From the NCBI GenBank assembly GCA_002422315.1, contig DIUJ01000051.1:24887-88886 (forward strand): a stretch of 64,000 nucleotides of DNA. Reading direction: 5' to 3'. Position 1 is the stretch's first letter. The number at the start of each line of letters is the position of its first letter. This DNA comes from Bacteroidetes bacterium UBA6161 (GTDB lineage Bacteria; Bacteroidota; Bacteroidia; NS11-12g; UBA955). The translations under genes and the position numbers were made by a program. This document shows positions 45,704 through 56,179 of the stretch, one piece after another. The notes beneath the pieces were generated by a model that searched no databases, was not told where the DNA came from, and was given only the letters and a program-made list of their open reading frames with translations.

Positions 45704-46708
45704 ATGAAGATTATAGTACCTATGGCAGGTATGGGAAAAAGAATGAGACCCCATACACTTACTATTCCCAAGCCACTTGTGCCTATTGCAGGCAAGCCTA
45801 TTGTGCAAAGATTGGTAGAAGATATTGCAGAAATATGCAACGAAAAAATTGAAGAAGTTGCATTTGTAATAGGAGATTTTGGCAAAGAGACAGAAGCTGC
45901 CTTGTTGCAAATAGCAGAAAATATAGGAGCCAAAGGACGTATTTGTTTTCAGCAAGAAGCCCTTGGAACAGCACATGCTGTTATGTGTGCTGCAGAGTCT
46001 CTAGAAGGGGAGGTGATTGTGGCATTTGCCGATACTCTTTTTAGAGCAAAATTTGATTTTGATAGAAACAAAGATGGTATGATATGGGTGCATAGCGTTC
46101 AAGACCCCAAAGCTTTTGGTGTTGTAAAATTAGATACCAATGGGGTAATTACCGATTTTGTAGAAAAACCACAAGAGTTTGTTTCAGATTTGGCCATTAT
46201 TGGGATTTATTACTTTAGAGATGGACAAAATCTAAAGCAAGAAATACAATATCTATTGGATAATAATATAAGAGAAAAAGGGGAGTTTCAGCTTACCAAT
46301 GCTTTAGAAAATATGAAAAGCAAGGGCATGCAATTTGTTCCCGGCAAAGTGGATGAATGGCTAGACTGTGGGAACAAGGATGCTACGGTATACACCAACC
46401 AAAGGGTTTTACACAATAGGGCTGCGGAATTCAAATTGGATACAGAGAGGTTTGGTAGCAGCGTGAAAATAATAGAACCTTGTTTTATAGCTCCTTCTGC
46501 TGTAATCAAAAATTCAACTATTGGACCTTACGTTTCTATAGGCGAAAATTCAACCATAGAAAATTCAACCATAGGAAATAGCATTATTCAAAACAATTCA
46601 TCTTTGAATAATATGGATATGAAAGACTCTATGATAGGGAATTTTGTAATTATGGATGGAAAAAGTAAAAGTTTTAGCATAGGCGACTATTCTACTTTAC
46701 TTGGATAA
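45704..46708 (+). CDS. Sugar-phosphate nucleotidyltransferase with C-terminal hexapeptide-repeat domain (ATG at 45704)
   Basis: MKIIVPMAGMGKRMRP (GxGxR pyrophosphorylase signature). C-terminal repeated IGxNSxIENSTIG hexapeptides. Confidence 0.8.
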   Translation: MKIIVPMAGMGKRMRPHTLTIPKPLVPIAGKPIVQRLVEDIAEICNEKIEEVAFVIGDFGKETEAALLQIAENIGAKGRICFQQEALGTAHAVMCAAESLEGEVIVAFADTLFRAKFDFDRNKDGMIWVHSVQDPKAFGVVKLDTNGVITDFVEKPQEFVSDLAIIGIYYFRDGQNLKQEIQYLLDNNIREKGEFQLTNALENMKSKGMQFVPGKVDEWLDCGNKDATVYTNQRVLHNRAAEFKLDTERFGSSVKIIEPCFIAPSAVIKNSTIGPYVSIGENSTIENSTIGNSIIQNNSSLNNMDMKDSMIGNFVIMDGKSKSFSIGDYSTLLG

Positions 46709-46756
46709 CAATTACTTTTAATCTACTTTTGTACATTGCCTTGTGGGAATGATACT

Positions 46757-48352
46757 ATGCTAAAGTTATTGACTTTTCAACTGAGGGTATTCCCTCTATT
46801 TTTCTTATTCTCTTTGTCTTGTAACTCTGTACGGAACCAAACTGCACAGAACAATTCCTCGGTACCTGTTGTACCCGAGTATGCCACAGAAGAAAGATAT
46901 ACTTCTTATCTTTTTCAGGCACAGCACCTTGTGTTAGAAAAGGAATTTGTGAAAGCAAAAAACATGCTTCTAACCGCAATGGGGATTTGGCCAAATATAG
47001 CAGAAACACACTACCGTTTGTCTCAGGTATACATGCCACTAAATCAATATGATTCTGCTTTGCTGTTTGCACAAAATGCATCTAGATTAGATAAAAACAC
47101 GAATATTTGGTATGTTTTTCAGATAAAAGAAGTGCTATTGGCTCAGAACAAAGAACTAGAGGCAGTAGCTATTGTAGAAAAAAACCTGCCTCAAAACATG
47201 GGGTCCAAAGACTTTATTTTAGAACTAGATGCTTTGTATTCCAAAACCAAACAATGGAATAAGAAAGAAAAGATGTGGCAAACCCTTGTTAAAAACTCCA
47301 AAGATTCAGAATTCGCAAAACGCGGTCTTGCTTCTAGCTTGTATATACAGGAAAAATTTTCAGATTTATATCCTATATCCAAAGATTTAGTAGCTATAAA
47401 CGACTTGGATGGCGAATACCTCTTGTGGATGGCGTGGGCTATGTACCACAAAGGCGCAAAGGAAGAATTAAAACATTTTTTGGAAACAAAATCCCACATG
47501 CCTTTTGTCTCTGCTTCTCAGCCATTCTACAAAGAGGCTTATATGCTGTCTAAACAAATTCAAAACCCAAGCCTAGTTCAAGTTTTTTTTGAAAAAAGCA
47601 TACTGAAAGAAGAAAATAATTCAGACTTAGCACTTGATTTTTTATCCTATTGGAGCAAGAATAATACCCAGAGTAGCCAATTGTCAGAAAGCTTTTTAAT
47701 GAAAATCACCAATCAGTTCCCTACTTTAACTCCCTTTAAAGCAGAACTAGTTTCATATTATTTGCAAGAAAATGAACCTTTAAAGGCTGTCTCTATTTGG
47801 AACCAAAGTTTGGAGGGTCAAGACGAGAATTTAAAAATTTTATATGCGTATTTGCTTACAGGTCAAAGACAAGAATATCTAAAACTAAGTACACAGATAG
47901 AAGAAAAAGAACCTCTTTCGAATGCTGCATTTTTTGTACAGTTTTTGAATTATGAAAAGTTGTCTCTTCAAGAAAAAGAAAACTGGTTGGCAGAAAAAAC
48001 AATCTATTTGGACAAAGAAAATGAAAAAATAAAAAATGCCATAGCTGTTTTTGAGACATTCAAAAAAGAACCATCCCAAGGAGTTTTGCCGGAATATTTG
48101 GCCCAAATATCACTTTTGTATAGTTTGGAAGAAGTAAAAGCAAGCCCAGCTTTAAATAAATTTATAAAGGCATGGAATTTGTTTAATCAAGGGCAAGAAT
48201 TGCAAGGCGTGGAAATGTTGAATAGTTTAGAAAATACCTTGAATAAAGTTCCGTTATTTTGTTACGTTTATTCTAGCGCGTTACAACATATAGGACAAAA
48301 AGAAAAAGCACAAATATGGCAACAAAACAAAATAAATTTAGGTTGGTACTAA
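46757..48352 (+). CDS. TPR-like repeat protein, probable lipoprotein
   Basis: Signal plus Cys (FLFSLSC). Helical-repeat composition with TPR-like segments (AETHYRLSQVYMPLNQYDSALLFAQNA). Confidence 0.5.
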   Translation: MLKLLTFQLRVFPLFFLFSLSCNSVRNQTAQNNSSVPVVPEYATEERYTSYLFQAQHLVLEKEFVKAKNMLLTAMGIWPNIAETHYRLSQVYMPLNQYDSALLFAQNASRLDKNTNIWYVFQIKEVLLAQNKELEAVAIVEKNLPQNMGSKDFILELDALYSKTKQWNKKEKMWQTLVKNSKDSEFAKRGLASSLYIQEKFSDLYPISKDLVAINDLDGEYLLWMAWAMYHKGAKEELKHFLETKSHMPFVSASQPFYKEAYMLSKQIQNPSLVQVFFEKSILKEENNSDLALDFLSYWSKNNTQSSQLSESFLMKITNQFPTLTPFKAELVSYYLQENEPLKAVSIWNQSLEGQDENLKILYAYLLTGQRQEYLKLSTQIEEKEPLSNAAFFVQFLNYEKLSLQEKENWLAEKTIYLDKENEKIKNAIAVFETFKKEPSQGVLPEYLAQISLLYSLEEVKASPALNKFIKAWNLFNQGQELQGVEMLNSLENTLNKVPLFCYVYSSALQHIGQKEKAQIWQQNKINLGWY

Positions 48353-48357
48353 ACAAA

Positions 48358-49179
48358 ATGACTCACACAAGAAGTATGCATTCATATTTATATCTGTTTT
48401 TATTGTCTTTGTTATTTGTGGTTTCGTGCAAAAGCAAAAAAAATATAGGAGTAACATCTAAAAACGAAACGGTTGAAAATTTGCTGAAAGACAGTGCTAC
48501 AGATGAAAACAAGTTGGCGGTATTTGCTGCTAACTATTCAAATTGGCAAACCTATTCCGCAAGGGGGAGTGTGGGATTTGAGGGGAATGGCAATAGCCTT
48601 TCTGCAAACTTGAGTTTTAGGATGTACAAAGACAGCCTTATCTGGGCTTCTGTAAATATGTTAGGAGGAATAGAAGTAGCAAGGATACTAATAACCCAAG
48701 ACTCTATTTTTATAATGGATAAGATGAATAGGAATGTAAAAATTGCCCCGCTAGATAAAATGCAAGAAATTGCAGGCGCAAGACTTTATGTAAGCGAGGT
48801 TCAAAATTTAATACTTGGAAACCTCTTATTTGAGATAAATAAATACAGGTACTTTGATGGGGAAACAAAAGAGGAGTTTTATGCCAAGGGAAAAAATAGA
48901 AACATAGAAGTTATTCATAAATACTTAATTAGTGGATTGCTTATAAAAGACATGTCTCTTCAAACAACCGTAGGGAGTAAGGAGAAGCTTGAGATAAAGT
49001 ACTCCAGCCACACCCAAACAAACATATTTAATGTGCCTCAACAAATGGAAATTACTTCGCAAGCTACAGATCTAAAAGGAATGAAAGTAATTCTTAATTT
49101 TAGTCAACCTGAATTTAATAAAGAAAATTTAATGTTCCCTTTTAATATTCCAAGTAATTATGAAAGAGAGCAATTATAA
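48358..49179 (+). CDS. LolB-like/DUF4292-like lipoprotein
   Basis: Lipobox (LLFVVSC). The position between a TPR protein and an M23 peptidase matches a gene order I recall as conserved in Bacteroidota. Confidence 0.5.
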   Translation: MTHTRSMHSYLYLFLLSLLFVVSCKSKKNIGVTSKNETVENLLKDSATDENKLAVFAANYSNWQTYSARGSVGFEGNGNSLSANLSFRMYKDSLIWASVNMLGGIEVARILITQDSIFIMDKMNRNVKIAPLDKMQEIAGARLYVSEVQNLILGNLLFEINKYRYFDGETKEEFYAKGKNRNIEVIHKYLISGLLIKDMSLQTTVGSKEKLEIKYSSHTQTNIFNVPQQMEITSQATDLKGMKVILNFSQPEFNKENLMFPFNIPSNYEREQL

Positions 49180-50407
49180 AAAGCTGGTTTTTATTTTATT
49201 CTTTTTATGCAGTGTGTATGCTATGCAAGGGCAAACAAGGGCACAACTAGAGCAAAAAAAGAAACAAACAGAAAAAGAAATTGCCCTTACCAAAAAAATA
49301 TTAGAACAGACAGGGAGACAGAAGTCAGACAATCTTCATGCTTTAAATGTGTTAAGAAATTTAATTAAAGCAAGAGAAAGGTTGATTTATACGCTCAATA
49401 AACAAGTAGACAAGGTAAGTGATGAACTTGTACAGCAAAAAGAAACATTGCTACAACTCGAAAAACAGTTGGCAGTGGAGAAAAGCAATTATGCCAAACT
49501 GCTTAAAAACACCTACAAAACCAAAGGGCAATACCACGAATTTAATTATATTTTTTCTTCTTCAAATCTCACACAAGGCCTAACAAGAATTAAGTTCTTA
49601 AATAGGATAAACAACGAACAACAAAGACTATTAAAGTCTATAGACGAAAAAACCAAAGAAATACTTGCCCGCATAGAATTGCTAGAGAAATTAAAAATTG
49701 AAAAAGAACATTTGCTTACAGAAAGAGTAGTTGAAAGAGAGCAATTAGAGATTGATAAGGGCGAAAAAGATAAAATAGTACAAACCCTTAGTGGGAAAGA
49801 AAAAGAGTTGAAGCAGAAATTAGAAAAGCAGCAAAAGGCTTTTAATGACTTAGATAATCAAATCAAAAAAGCAATTGCAAAGGAAATGGAAGAGGCAAGG
49901 AAACGCAGAGAAAAAGAAGAAGCAGAAAGGAAAAGAAAAGCATCTGAAAACAAAGCGCCTGCAATAGCTGAGACCCCTAAAGAAAATGTATTAAGTAATG
50001 AATTTTGGGGGAATAAGCGCAAATTGCCTTGGCCGGTAGAAAGAGGTTTTATAAGTCAGAAATTTGGTCAATTTGCACATCCTACTTTAGCAGGTATATA
50101 CATGGAGAATAATGGGATAGATATAGCGGTAGAACAAGGTGCACAAGCTAGAAGTGTTTTTAGAGGAGAGGTAAGCGCTGTTTTTTCTGTCCCAGGAATG
50201 GGCACTGCGGTATTAGTAAATCATGGAGACTACTATACTGTATATGCAAGATTGAGCGAAGTATTTGTAAAACAAGGGCAAAGCTTACAGCTTAAAGAAC
50301 CTATTGGTCTTGTATTAAGCGATGAAAATGGGAAAACCGAATTGCATTTTGAGGTTTGGAAAAACCAAGAAAAACAAAACCCCGAACATTGGCTAAGCAA
50401 CCGTTAG
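49160..50407 (+). CDS. M23-family peptidoglycan metalloendopeptidase / EnvC-like murein hydrolase activator
   Basis: Signal peptide and long coiled coil. C-terminal LytM domain (NNGIDIAV...GDYYTVYARL...ELHFEVW). Confidence 0.85.
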   Translation: MKESNYKKLVFILFFLCSVYAMQGQTRAQLEQKKKQTEKEIALTKKILEQTGRQKSDNLHALNVLRNLIKARERLIYTLNKQVDKVSDELVQQKETLLQLEKQLAVEKSNYAKLLKNTYKTKGQYHEFNYIFSSSNLTQGLTRIKFLNRINNEQQRLLKSIDEKTKEILARIELLEKLKIEKEHLLTERVVEREQLEIDKGEKDKIVQTLSGKEKELKQKLEKQQKAFNDLDNQIKKAIAKEMEEARKRREKEEAERKRKASENKAPAIAETPKENVLSNEFWGNKRKLPWPVERGFISQKFGQFAHPTLAGIYMENNGIDIAVEQGAQARSVFRGEVSAVFSVPGMGTAVLVNHGDYYTVYARLSEVFVKQGQSLQLKEPIGLVLSDENGKTELHFEVWKNQEKQNPEHWLSNR

Positions 50408-50865
50408 GAGAGCAGCTTTTGACGTAAATAAAACTCCAATTGACTGTTGGCTGTTTTTAGTTCCTCTATCAATCTCGCATTTTCTCTTCTCAAAAACAAA
50501 AGTTCATGTGCTTGGAAAATACTAGTTCTTAAATAATCTACATTCCAAGGTTTTTGAATAAACTTGAAAATATTGGTATCGTTCACTCCTTCTATCACTA
50601 CGTTAATATCGGAATATGCAGTAATAATGATTCGGGGAATTTCTGGTTTTAGTTTCACAACTTCACGAAGAAACTCTACTCCGGACATGCCCGGCATTTT
50701 TTGGTCAGTCAAAACAACTTCTATGTCTTGTTTTCTGAACAGTTCTAAGCCCTCTAAAGCATTCTCCGCAGTGAAAATAGTGAAATCTCGTCTGAAATTA
50801 GCCTTAAATGACGTTAAATTATCTACTTCGTCGTCTACATACAGGATGGTTGGTGTGTTTGTCAT
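50404..50865 (-). CDS. Response regulator (receiver domain with short C-terminal helix)
   Basis: ILYVDDE, acceptor VVLTDQKMPGMSG, IIITAY and KPW motifs. Confidence 0.8.
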   Translation of the reverse strand: MTNTPTILYVDDEVDNLTSFKANFRRDFTIFTAENALEGLELFRKQDIEVVLTDQKMPGMSGVEFLREVVKLKPEIPRIIITAYSDINVVIEGVNDTNIFKFIQKPWNVDYLRTSIFQAHELLFLRRENARLIEELKTANSQLEFYLRQKLLS

Positions 50866-50997
50866 TTGTGTATTTGTTTGTTTATCAGTGTAATAATGGT
50901 ACTACTCACATTGCCTTGATAAGTTTTGAGTACACGAATATAAATAACTCAGAGATAAACTATTTATTTGCCAATGTACAACTGTTGAGAAGTACAC

Positions 50998-53331
50998 ATG
51001 ACACAAACACACAAACACACATTTCTGCGTTCGGCTCGAACAGCAGATGAAAAATCATTTATACCCATACTTTTTGATATAAAAGTAGAGGAGTCTTTGT
51101 ATGCATTTGAGAAACTGTTATCCGACAATCCTCATTTGACAATACACAACGAAATTATTAGCCAATTAGAAGAGCTTGTAAAAACCTTAGAGCCAAGTAA
51201 GAAGTTTAACAATCACGAACTGGCAGTGGAAGTAGAAAAACTTTTGGGCAATTACAATGAGTTTAATTACGGCAATTGGTTTTACTACCCTTGGAGCGGA
51301 AGAGTTGTTCACATGCTCCCGGAAAAAGAATTTGTACTTTGTAGAACAGGTAGAAATGTATACAAAATCACTCCAGAAGAAAGGGATATACTGTCTCATA
51401 AAAAAATCGGTATAATTGGTCTTTCTGTGGGCCAAAGTGTTGCCCTTACAATTGCTATGGAAAGAATAGCTACTGAAATTAGGTTGGCTGATTTTGATAT
51501 TTTAGAACTTTCTAATCTGAATAGAATAAGAACAGGAGTACATACTATAGGTATAAAAAAAGTACATGCTGTTGCCAGAGAAATCTCGGAAATAGATCCA
51601 TATATAAAGGTAGTATGTTTCGAAGAAGGTTTAAATGAATCCAACTTAGATGATTTTTTTATTCAAGGAGGTAATTTAGACTTGTTAATTGAAGAGTCCG
51701 ATGGTTTTGATATAAAAATACTAAGTAGAGTGAAAGCCAAGCAGTATCGTATTCCTGTATTGATGGAAGCAAGCGACAGGTGCATGGTGGATGTAGAAAG
51801 ATTTGATAGAGAACCAGAAAGACCCATTTTGCATGGCTTGGTTAAACATTTGGACCTTGAGGTGCTAAAATCTTTGAAAACCAACGAAGATAAAATCCCC
51901 TATATGCTAGATATTTTAGGTATAGATACCTGTTCCGCAAGGTTAAAAGCTTCTATGATAGAAATTGAACAAACAATTAATACATGGCCACAATTAGCCT
52001 CTGCAGTAACAATGGGAGGGGGTATTACTGCCGATGTAGCAAGAAGATTGTTGTTAAATCAATTTACGGAAAGCGGTAGATACCATGTAGACATAGAGGA
52101 ATTAATAGGCAATAAAAAGATAGAGAATAAAGAAAGCAAGGAAATATACAGTCAAGAAACATATAAAGAGCAATCTATTCACGCAGTTAAAGATTGGATT
52201 AAAGAACATTTTAGGCCCGAATATATTTATCCTATTCCTGAAACTACATTGAAAAAGATTGTAGAAGCTGCTATTTTAGCTCCATCAGGAGGCAATGCTC
52301 AGCCTTGGTTTTGGTTTAGTGTTGATTCCTATTTGTTCTTATTAAACCCATACGAAGCACACCAAAGCATTTTAGGTTTTAAGAATAGAGCCCTGTATTA
52401 TGCGCAAGGAGCAGCAATAGAAAATTTGGTTATTAAAGCATCGGAACTAGGTTTTGAAGCAAAAATAGAATACTTCCCAGAAAAATTAGGGAATCCTCAA
52501 ATTATTGCCCAAATACATTTCAAACCCAAAACAAAATCCTATTTCGTGGAAGGTTTGGCAAAGTATATTCCTGTTCGATTAACCAATAGGGCAAATGGAG
52601 AAAGGCTACCCATAAGCCAAAACAGACTTCAACAAATCGTACTATGTGTAGAAGAAGACAATGCGAGTTTGGATTTTATTACCGACACTAAACATTTGGA
52701 TCTCTTGAAATACACTCTAAGCCAAACAGAAAGAATTAGAATACTAGAAGAAATGGGGCATAGAGACTTTGTAAATGAAATAAGATGGAGTAGAGAAGAA
52801 GCTTTTGCCAAAAAAGATGGAATAGAACTTCCTTCTATAGAGTTAAAAGAAAGTGAAAAAGCAGGTCTTTTTGTGGCAAGAAGTCCAGAAGTAATTTCCT
52901 TATTGCGTTCTTGGAATTTGGGAAATGCATTTACAAAATTAACAAGCAAAAATATAGATAGTGCTTCGGCAATTGGAATACTAAGAATAACAGGCGCAGA
53001 TCCTCAGGCAAATATTTTGGCAGGAAGAATTGTAGAGAGAATATGGCTTCAGGCAGCACACTTGGGGTTGAGTTTTCAGCCTGTTTCTGCATCTGTATTT
53101 ATGTATCAAAGAGTGATAGAAGGCAATGGGGAAGGGGTGTCGGAGTTTTTTGTAAATGAATTACTAAATTTACATGAAGATTATCTAAAATCGCTTCATC
53201 AAGATAAAAACAAAGACCCTATCGCTTTTATTTTTAGACTTAGTAAAGCAGAGACAGAAACCATGCGTTCTATACGCAAACCAATAGAGGAAGTGATGGA
53301 GATATTTAACCACCAATTGATTGAAAACTAA
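50998..53331 (+). CDS. ThiF/E1-like adenylyltransferase fused to tandem nitroreductase-like domains (Rv1355c-like architecture)
   Basis: Rossmann IGIIGLSVGQSVA followed by RLADFDILELSNLNR (E1 motif). C-terminal half contains ILAPSGGNAQPW, typical of nitroreductase folds. Confidence 0.7.
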   Translation: MTQTHKHTFLRSARTADEKSFIPILFDIKVEESLYAFEKLLSDNPHLTIHNEIISQLEELVKTLEPSKKFNNHELAVEVEKLLGNYNEFNYGNWFYYPWSGRVVHMLPEKEFVLCRTGRNVYKITPEERDILSHKKIGIIGLSVGQSVALTIAMERIATEIRLADFDILELSNLNRIRTGVHTIGIKKVHAVAREISEIDPYIKVVCFEEGLNESNLDDFFIQGGNLDLLIEESDGFDIKILSRVKAKQYRIPVLMEASDRCMVDVERFDREPERPILHGLVKHLDLEVLKSLKTNEDKIPYMLDILGIDTCSARLKASMIEIEQTINTWPQLASAVTMGGGITADVARRLLLNQFTESGRYHVDIEELIGNKKIENKESKEIYSQETYKEQSIHAVKDWIKEHFRPEYIYPIPETTLKKIVEAAILAPSGGNAQPWFWFSVDSYLFLLNPYEAHQSILGFKNRALYYAQGAAIENLVIKASELGFEAKIEYFPEKLGNPQIIAQIHFKPKTKSYFVEGLAKYIPVRLTNRANGERLPISQNRLQQIVLCVEEDNASLDFITDTKHLDLLKYTLSQTERIRILEEMGHRDFVNEIRWSREEAFAKKDGIELPSIELKESEKAGLFVARSPEVISLLRSWNLGNAFTKLTSKNIDSASAIGILRITGADPQANILAGRIVERIWLQAAHLGLSFQPVSASVFMYQRVIEGNGEGVSEFFVNELLNLHEDYLKSLHQDKNKDPIAFIFRLSKAETETMRSIRKPIEEVMEIFNHQLIEN

Positions 53332-54029
53332 TGTACCAATTTAAAGCATTTAAAGCCACGGAAGAACCTGATTTATGCCAGCAATTTAAAGCAGGACATG
53401 TTCAAGTACTCATAGACTACGGTATCGCAAATGTTACAACAAACAACGATGCTTGGATGCAAGACGATCTGGTATATGGGGTAGTGGCAATTGACACTTA
53501 TACCAATCAGTTAGTAGGTGGGATAAGGGTTCATATTTCTAATGTGAGTAATCAATTACCAGTGGAAATGGCGGTTGGTAAAATGGATCCTACAATCTAT
53601 AAAGTGGTACAACTTTTTAGAGAGAATGGAGGGGCAGGAGAACTGTGTGCACTTTGGAACTCCAAAAGTGTATCTGGGAAAGGAATAAGTTTACTTCTTA
53701 CAAGAGCAGGTATTTCAATCATTAACCAATTAAAATTTCAAACATTAATGGGGATTTGTGCAGATTATACTTTGAAAATGTTTCAACAAGTTGGATTTAG
53801 AGTAAATGAAAGTTTAGGATTAAATGGCGGTTTCCCTTACCCAAATGAGACTTATATTGCTAAAGTTCTTGGTATAATGAATGCCGTTACTCTCGAAACA
53901 GCAATGCCAGAGGACAAAAAGCGGATGACATCTTTAAGGATTGACCCAGAACAAAATGCTGTAGAAAATACCCCCAAGGGGACCATAAGTATTAAATATT
54001 CGCTCATAATTAATAAGAATAAAGGATGA
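53331..54029 (+). CDS. Hypothetical protein, possibly GNAT-fold acyltransferase
   Basis: Start overlaps the preceding stop (TAATG). SGKGISLLLTRAGI resembles the GNAT motif A (Q/R-x-x-G-x-G/A). The assignment is weak. Confidence 0.35.
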   Translation: MYQFKAFKATEEPDLCQQFKAGHVQVLIDYGIANVTTNNDAWMQDDLVYGVVAIDTYTNQLVGGIRVHISNVSNQLPVEMAVGKMDPTIYKVVQLFRENGGAGELCALWNSKSVSGKGISLLLTRAGISIINQLKFQTLMGICADYTLKMFQQVGFRVNESLGLNGGFPYPNETYIAKVLGIMNAVTLETAMPEDKKRMTSLRIDPEQNAVENTPKGTISIKYSLIINKNKG

Positions 54030-56179
54030 AAAAGTTTTTAAAAATAACGGGATTGTTCCTATTTGTCCTTTTTAGAATTAATGTGTATGCTTCCAGTATA
54101 TACGAAAAAGAGGGGAATAATTTTATTGAAGAGATTTTTTATTATACAGATAAGACAAATAGCCTAACTATTAATCAAGTAAAAGATTCGTCGCATCTAT
54201 TTAAGAAATCCCAAAAAGATGTTTTGAATTTTGGTATTAGCAAGAACGCACATTGGATTAAGGTTCAGGTAAAAAACAAATCTTCTAAAAAGAATCTTAT
54301 CTTTTCTTTAAACCAGCCGATAATTGATGAAGTTTGGTTTTATAAATTAGAAAAGGATAGCAGTTTTTCTGAAATATCGTATGGAGAATATTTGCCTTTT
54401 TCAAATAGGTATTATCAAAGTACAGATTATTTGTTTGATATAACTTTGGAACCGGGTGCTAAACAGGTTTATTATTTAAAAGTTAAAAGCAAAGAAAATT
54501 GTCAAATACCAATTTATGTTAGTACAATTAGAAATGTTTATAATTTCAGTTTGTATAAGTCTTTGGCCTCTGGAATTTATATTGGGATAATGGTTGTAAT
54601 GATCTTTTACAACCTATTTATATTTTTCATTTTTAGAGACATAAGTTATGTCAAATATTCCGGATATATTATTTTGGTATTGCTAACCCAGGTTAGTTTG
54701 CAAGGATATACTTTTCAATTTTTGTGGCCCAATTTCCCCCAGTTAGCTATATACAGTCCTTTCTTATTGCCTTCTTTGGTTGGGATAGCAGGTTTGGAGT
54801 TTTTCAAAGATTTCTTAAAGCTTAAGGAAACATATAAGCAGGCGCATTTTTTCTCCTTTTTCTTTTTAGTTCCTTATACGGTTTCTATTGTTTTAGGGTT
54901 TACAGGAGGGTATAATCTTAGCTTTATGATCATGGAGGTGAATGCAGCTATGGTTTCAATATTTATGTTGGTTATAGCATATATTGTTTACAAAAGGGGG
55001 TTTAAACCTGCCAGGTTTTTTCTAATTGGGTGGTCTGTTTTTCTTATAGGAATTTGCATTTATGTAATGAAAGATTTTGAAATCCTGCCTTACAATAACT
55101 TTACTAGATATACCATGCATATTGGTTCGGGTATTGAAGTGGTATTGTTGTCTTTTGCATTGGCAGATAAAATAAACATATTGAAAAAAGAAAAAGAAGA
55201 GTCACAAGCCAAGGCATTACATATTTCTTTGGAAAACGAACGCTTGGTCACAGAGCAAAACATAGAATTGGAACAAAAAGTAAAGGAAAGAACCCAAAAG
55301 CTAGAAATAGCAAATACTCAATTGACAGACACACTTCAAAACCTACAAAGTGCACAAATGCAGCTTATTGAGTCGGAAAAAATGTCTTCTCTTGGACAGC
55401 TTACCGCCGGAATTGCCCATGAAATAAACAATCCTATAAACTTTGTAAGTGCTAATATTTCTCCTCTTAAACTGGATATTCAAGACCTAATAGCAGTAAT
55501 TAATACTTACGACGAACTATTGACAAGCAGCGATGTAGAAAAAATACTAGCTAAAGTTGTTAAACTCAAGGAAGATATAAATTATGAGTTGGTATTGTCT
55601 GAAATTCAGCATTTGCTTCATGGTATAGAAGATGGTGCAAAAAGAACTTCTGAAATTGTAAGAGGTTTGAAAAGTTTTTCTCATTTGGATGAAGCTGAGC
55701 AAAAACCTGCAGATATAAATGAAGGTATTCGCTCTACTCTTGTGTTATTAAAAAATAGCTTGGTAGCTGAAATTGATCTTAGCACTCATTTGGCAAATCT
55801 GCCCTTGGTAGAGTGTTTTCCAGGTAAAATGAACCAAGTATTTATGAATATTTTAAGTAATGCAATACAGGCTGTGAAATCCAAATCTGTGCTCAAAGAT
55901 GAGTTTATTAGGGTTACAACCAGAGAAATAAATGACTATGCCGTAATTGAAATTGAAGATTCTGGCCCAGGAATACCCAAGGCTGCACAAATTAGGATAT
56001 TTGAACCCTTTTACACTACCAAACCCGTTGGGGAAGGTACCGGTTTGGGCTTGAGTATTGTTTTTAATATTATAAAAAAACACAATGGTTCTATTGAACT
56101 TGATTCAGAAGAAGGTCGTGGAACTAAGTTTACCATTCGTATCCCAATTAAAGGAAACCCAGAAAATATAACGTCATGA
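54026..56179 (+). CDS. 7TMR-DISM sensor histidine kinase
   Basis: Signal peptide plus extracellular domain, seven TM helices, coiled coil, H-box AGIAHEINNPINF, N-box MNILSNAIQA, G1 DSGPGI, G2 GTGLGLS. Confidence 0.85.
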   Translation: MKKFLKITGLFLFVLFRINVYASSIYEKEGNNFIEEIFYYTDKTNSLTINQVKDSSHLFKKSQKDVLNFGISKNAHWIKVQVKNKSSKKNLIFSLNQPIIDEVWFYKLEKDSSFSEISYGEYLPFSNRYYQSTDYLFDITLEPGAKQVYYLKVKSKENCQIPIYVSTIRNVYNFSLYKSLASGIYIGIMVVMIFYNLFIFFIFRDISYVKYSGYIILVLLTQVSLQGYTFQFLWPNFPQLAIYSPFLLPSLVGIAGLEFFKDFLKLKETYKQAHFFSFFFLVPYTVSIVLGFTGGYNLSFMIMEVNAAMVSIFMLVIAYIVYKRGFKPARFFLIGWSVFLIGICIYVMKDFEILPYNNFTRYTMHIGSGIEVVLLSFALADKINILKKEKEESQAKALHISLENERLVTEQNIELEQKVKERTQKLEIANTQLTDTLQNLQSAQMQLIESEKMSSLGQLTAGIAHEINNPINFVSANISPLKLDIQDLIAVINTYDELLTSSDVEKILAKVVKLKEDINYELVLSEIQHLLHGIEDGAKRTSEIVRGLKSFSHLDEAEQKPADINEGIRSTLVLLKNSLVAEIDLSTHLANLPLVECFPGKMNQVFMNILSNAIQAVKSKSVLKDEFIRVTTREINDYAVIEIEDSGPGIPKAAQIRIFEPFYTTKPVGEGTGLGLSIVFNIIKKHNGSIELDSEEGRGTKFTIRIPIKGNPENITS

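Noticed and set aside
45562-45976. Minus-strand ORFs 45562-45933 and 45665-45976 and the long upstream extension of ORF 45617-46708
   Set aside because: They overlap the dut 3' end and the nucleotidyltransferase gene. The canonical MKIIVPMAGMGKRMRP start at 45704 follows the dut stop and explains the region.
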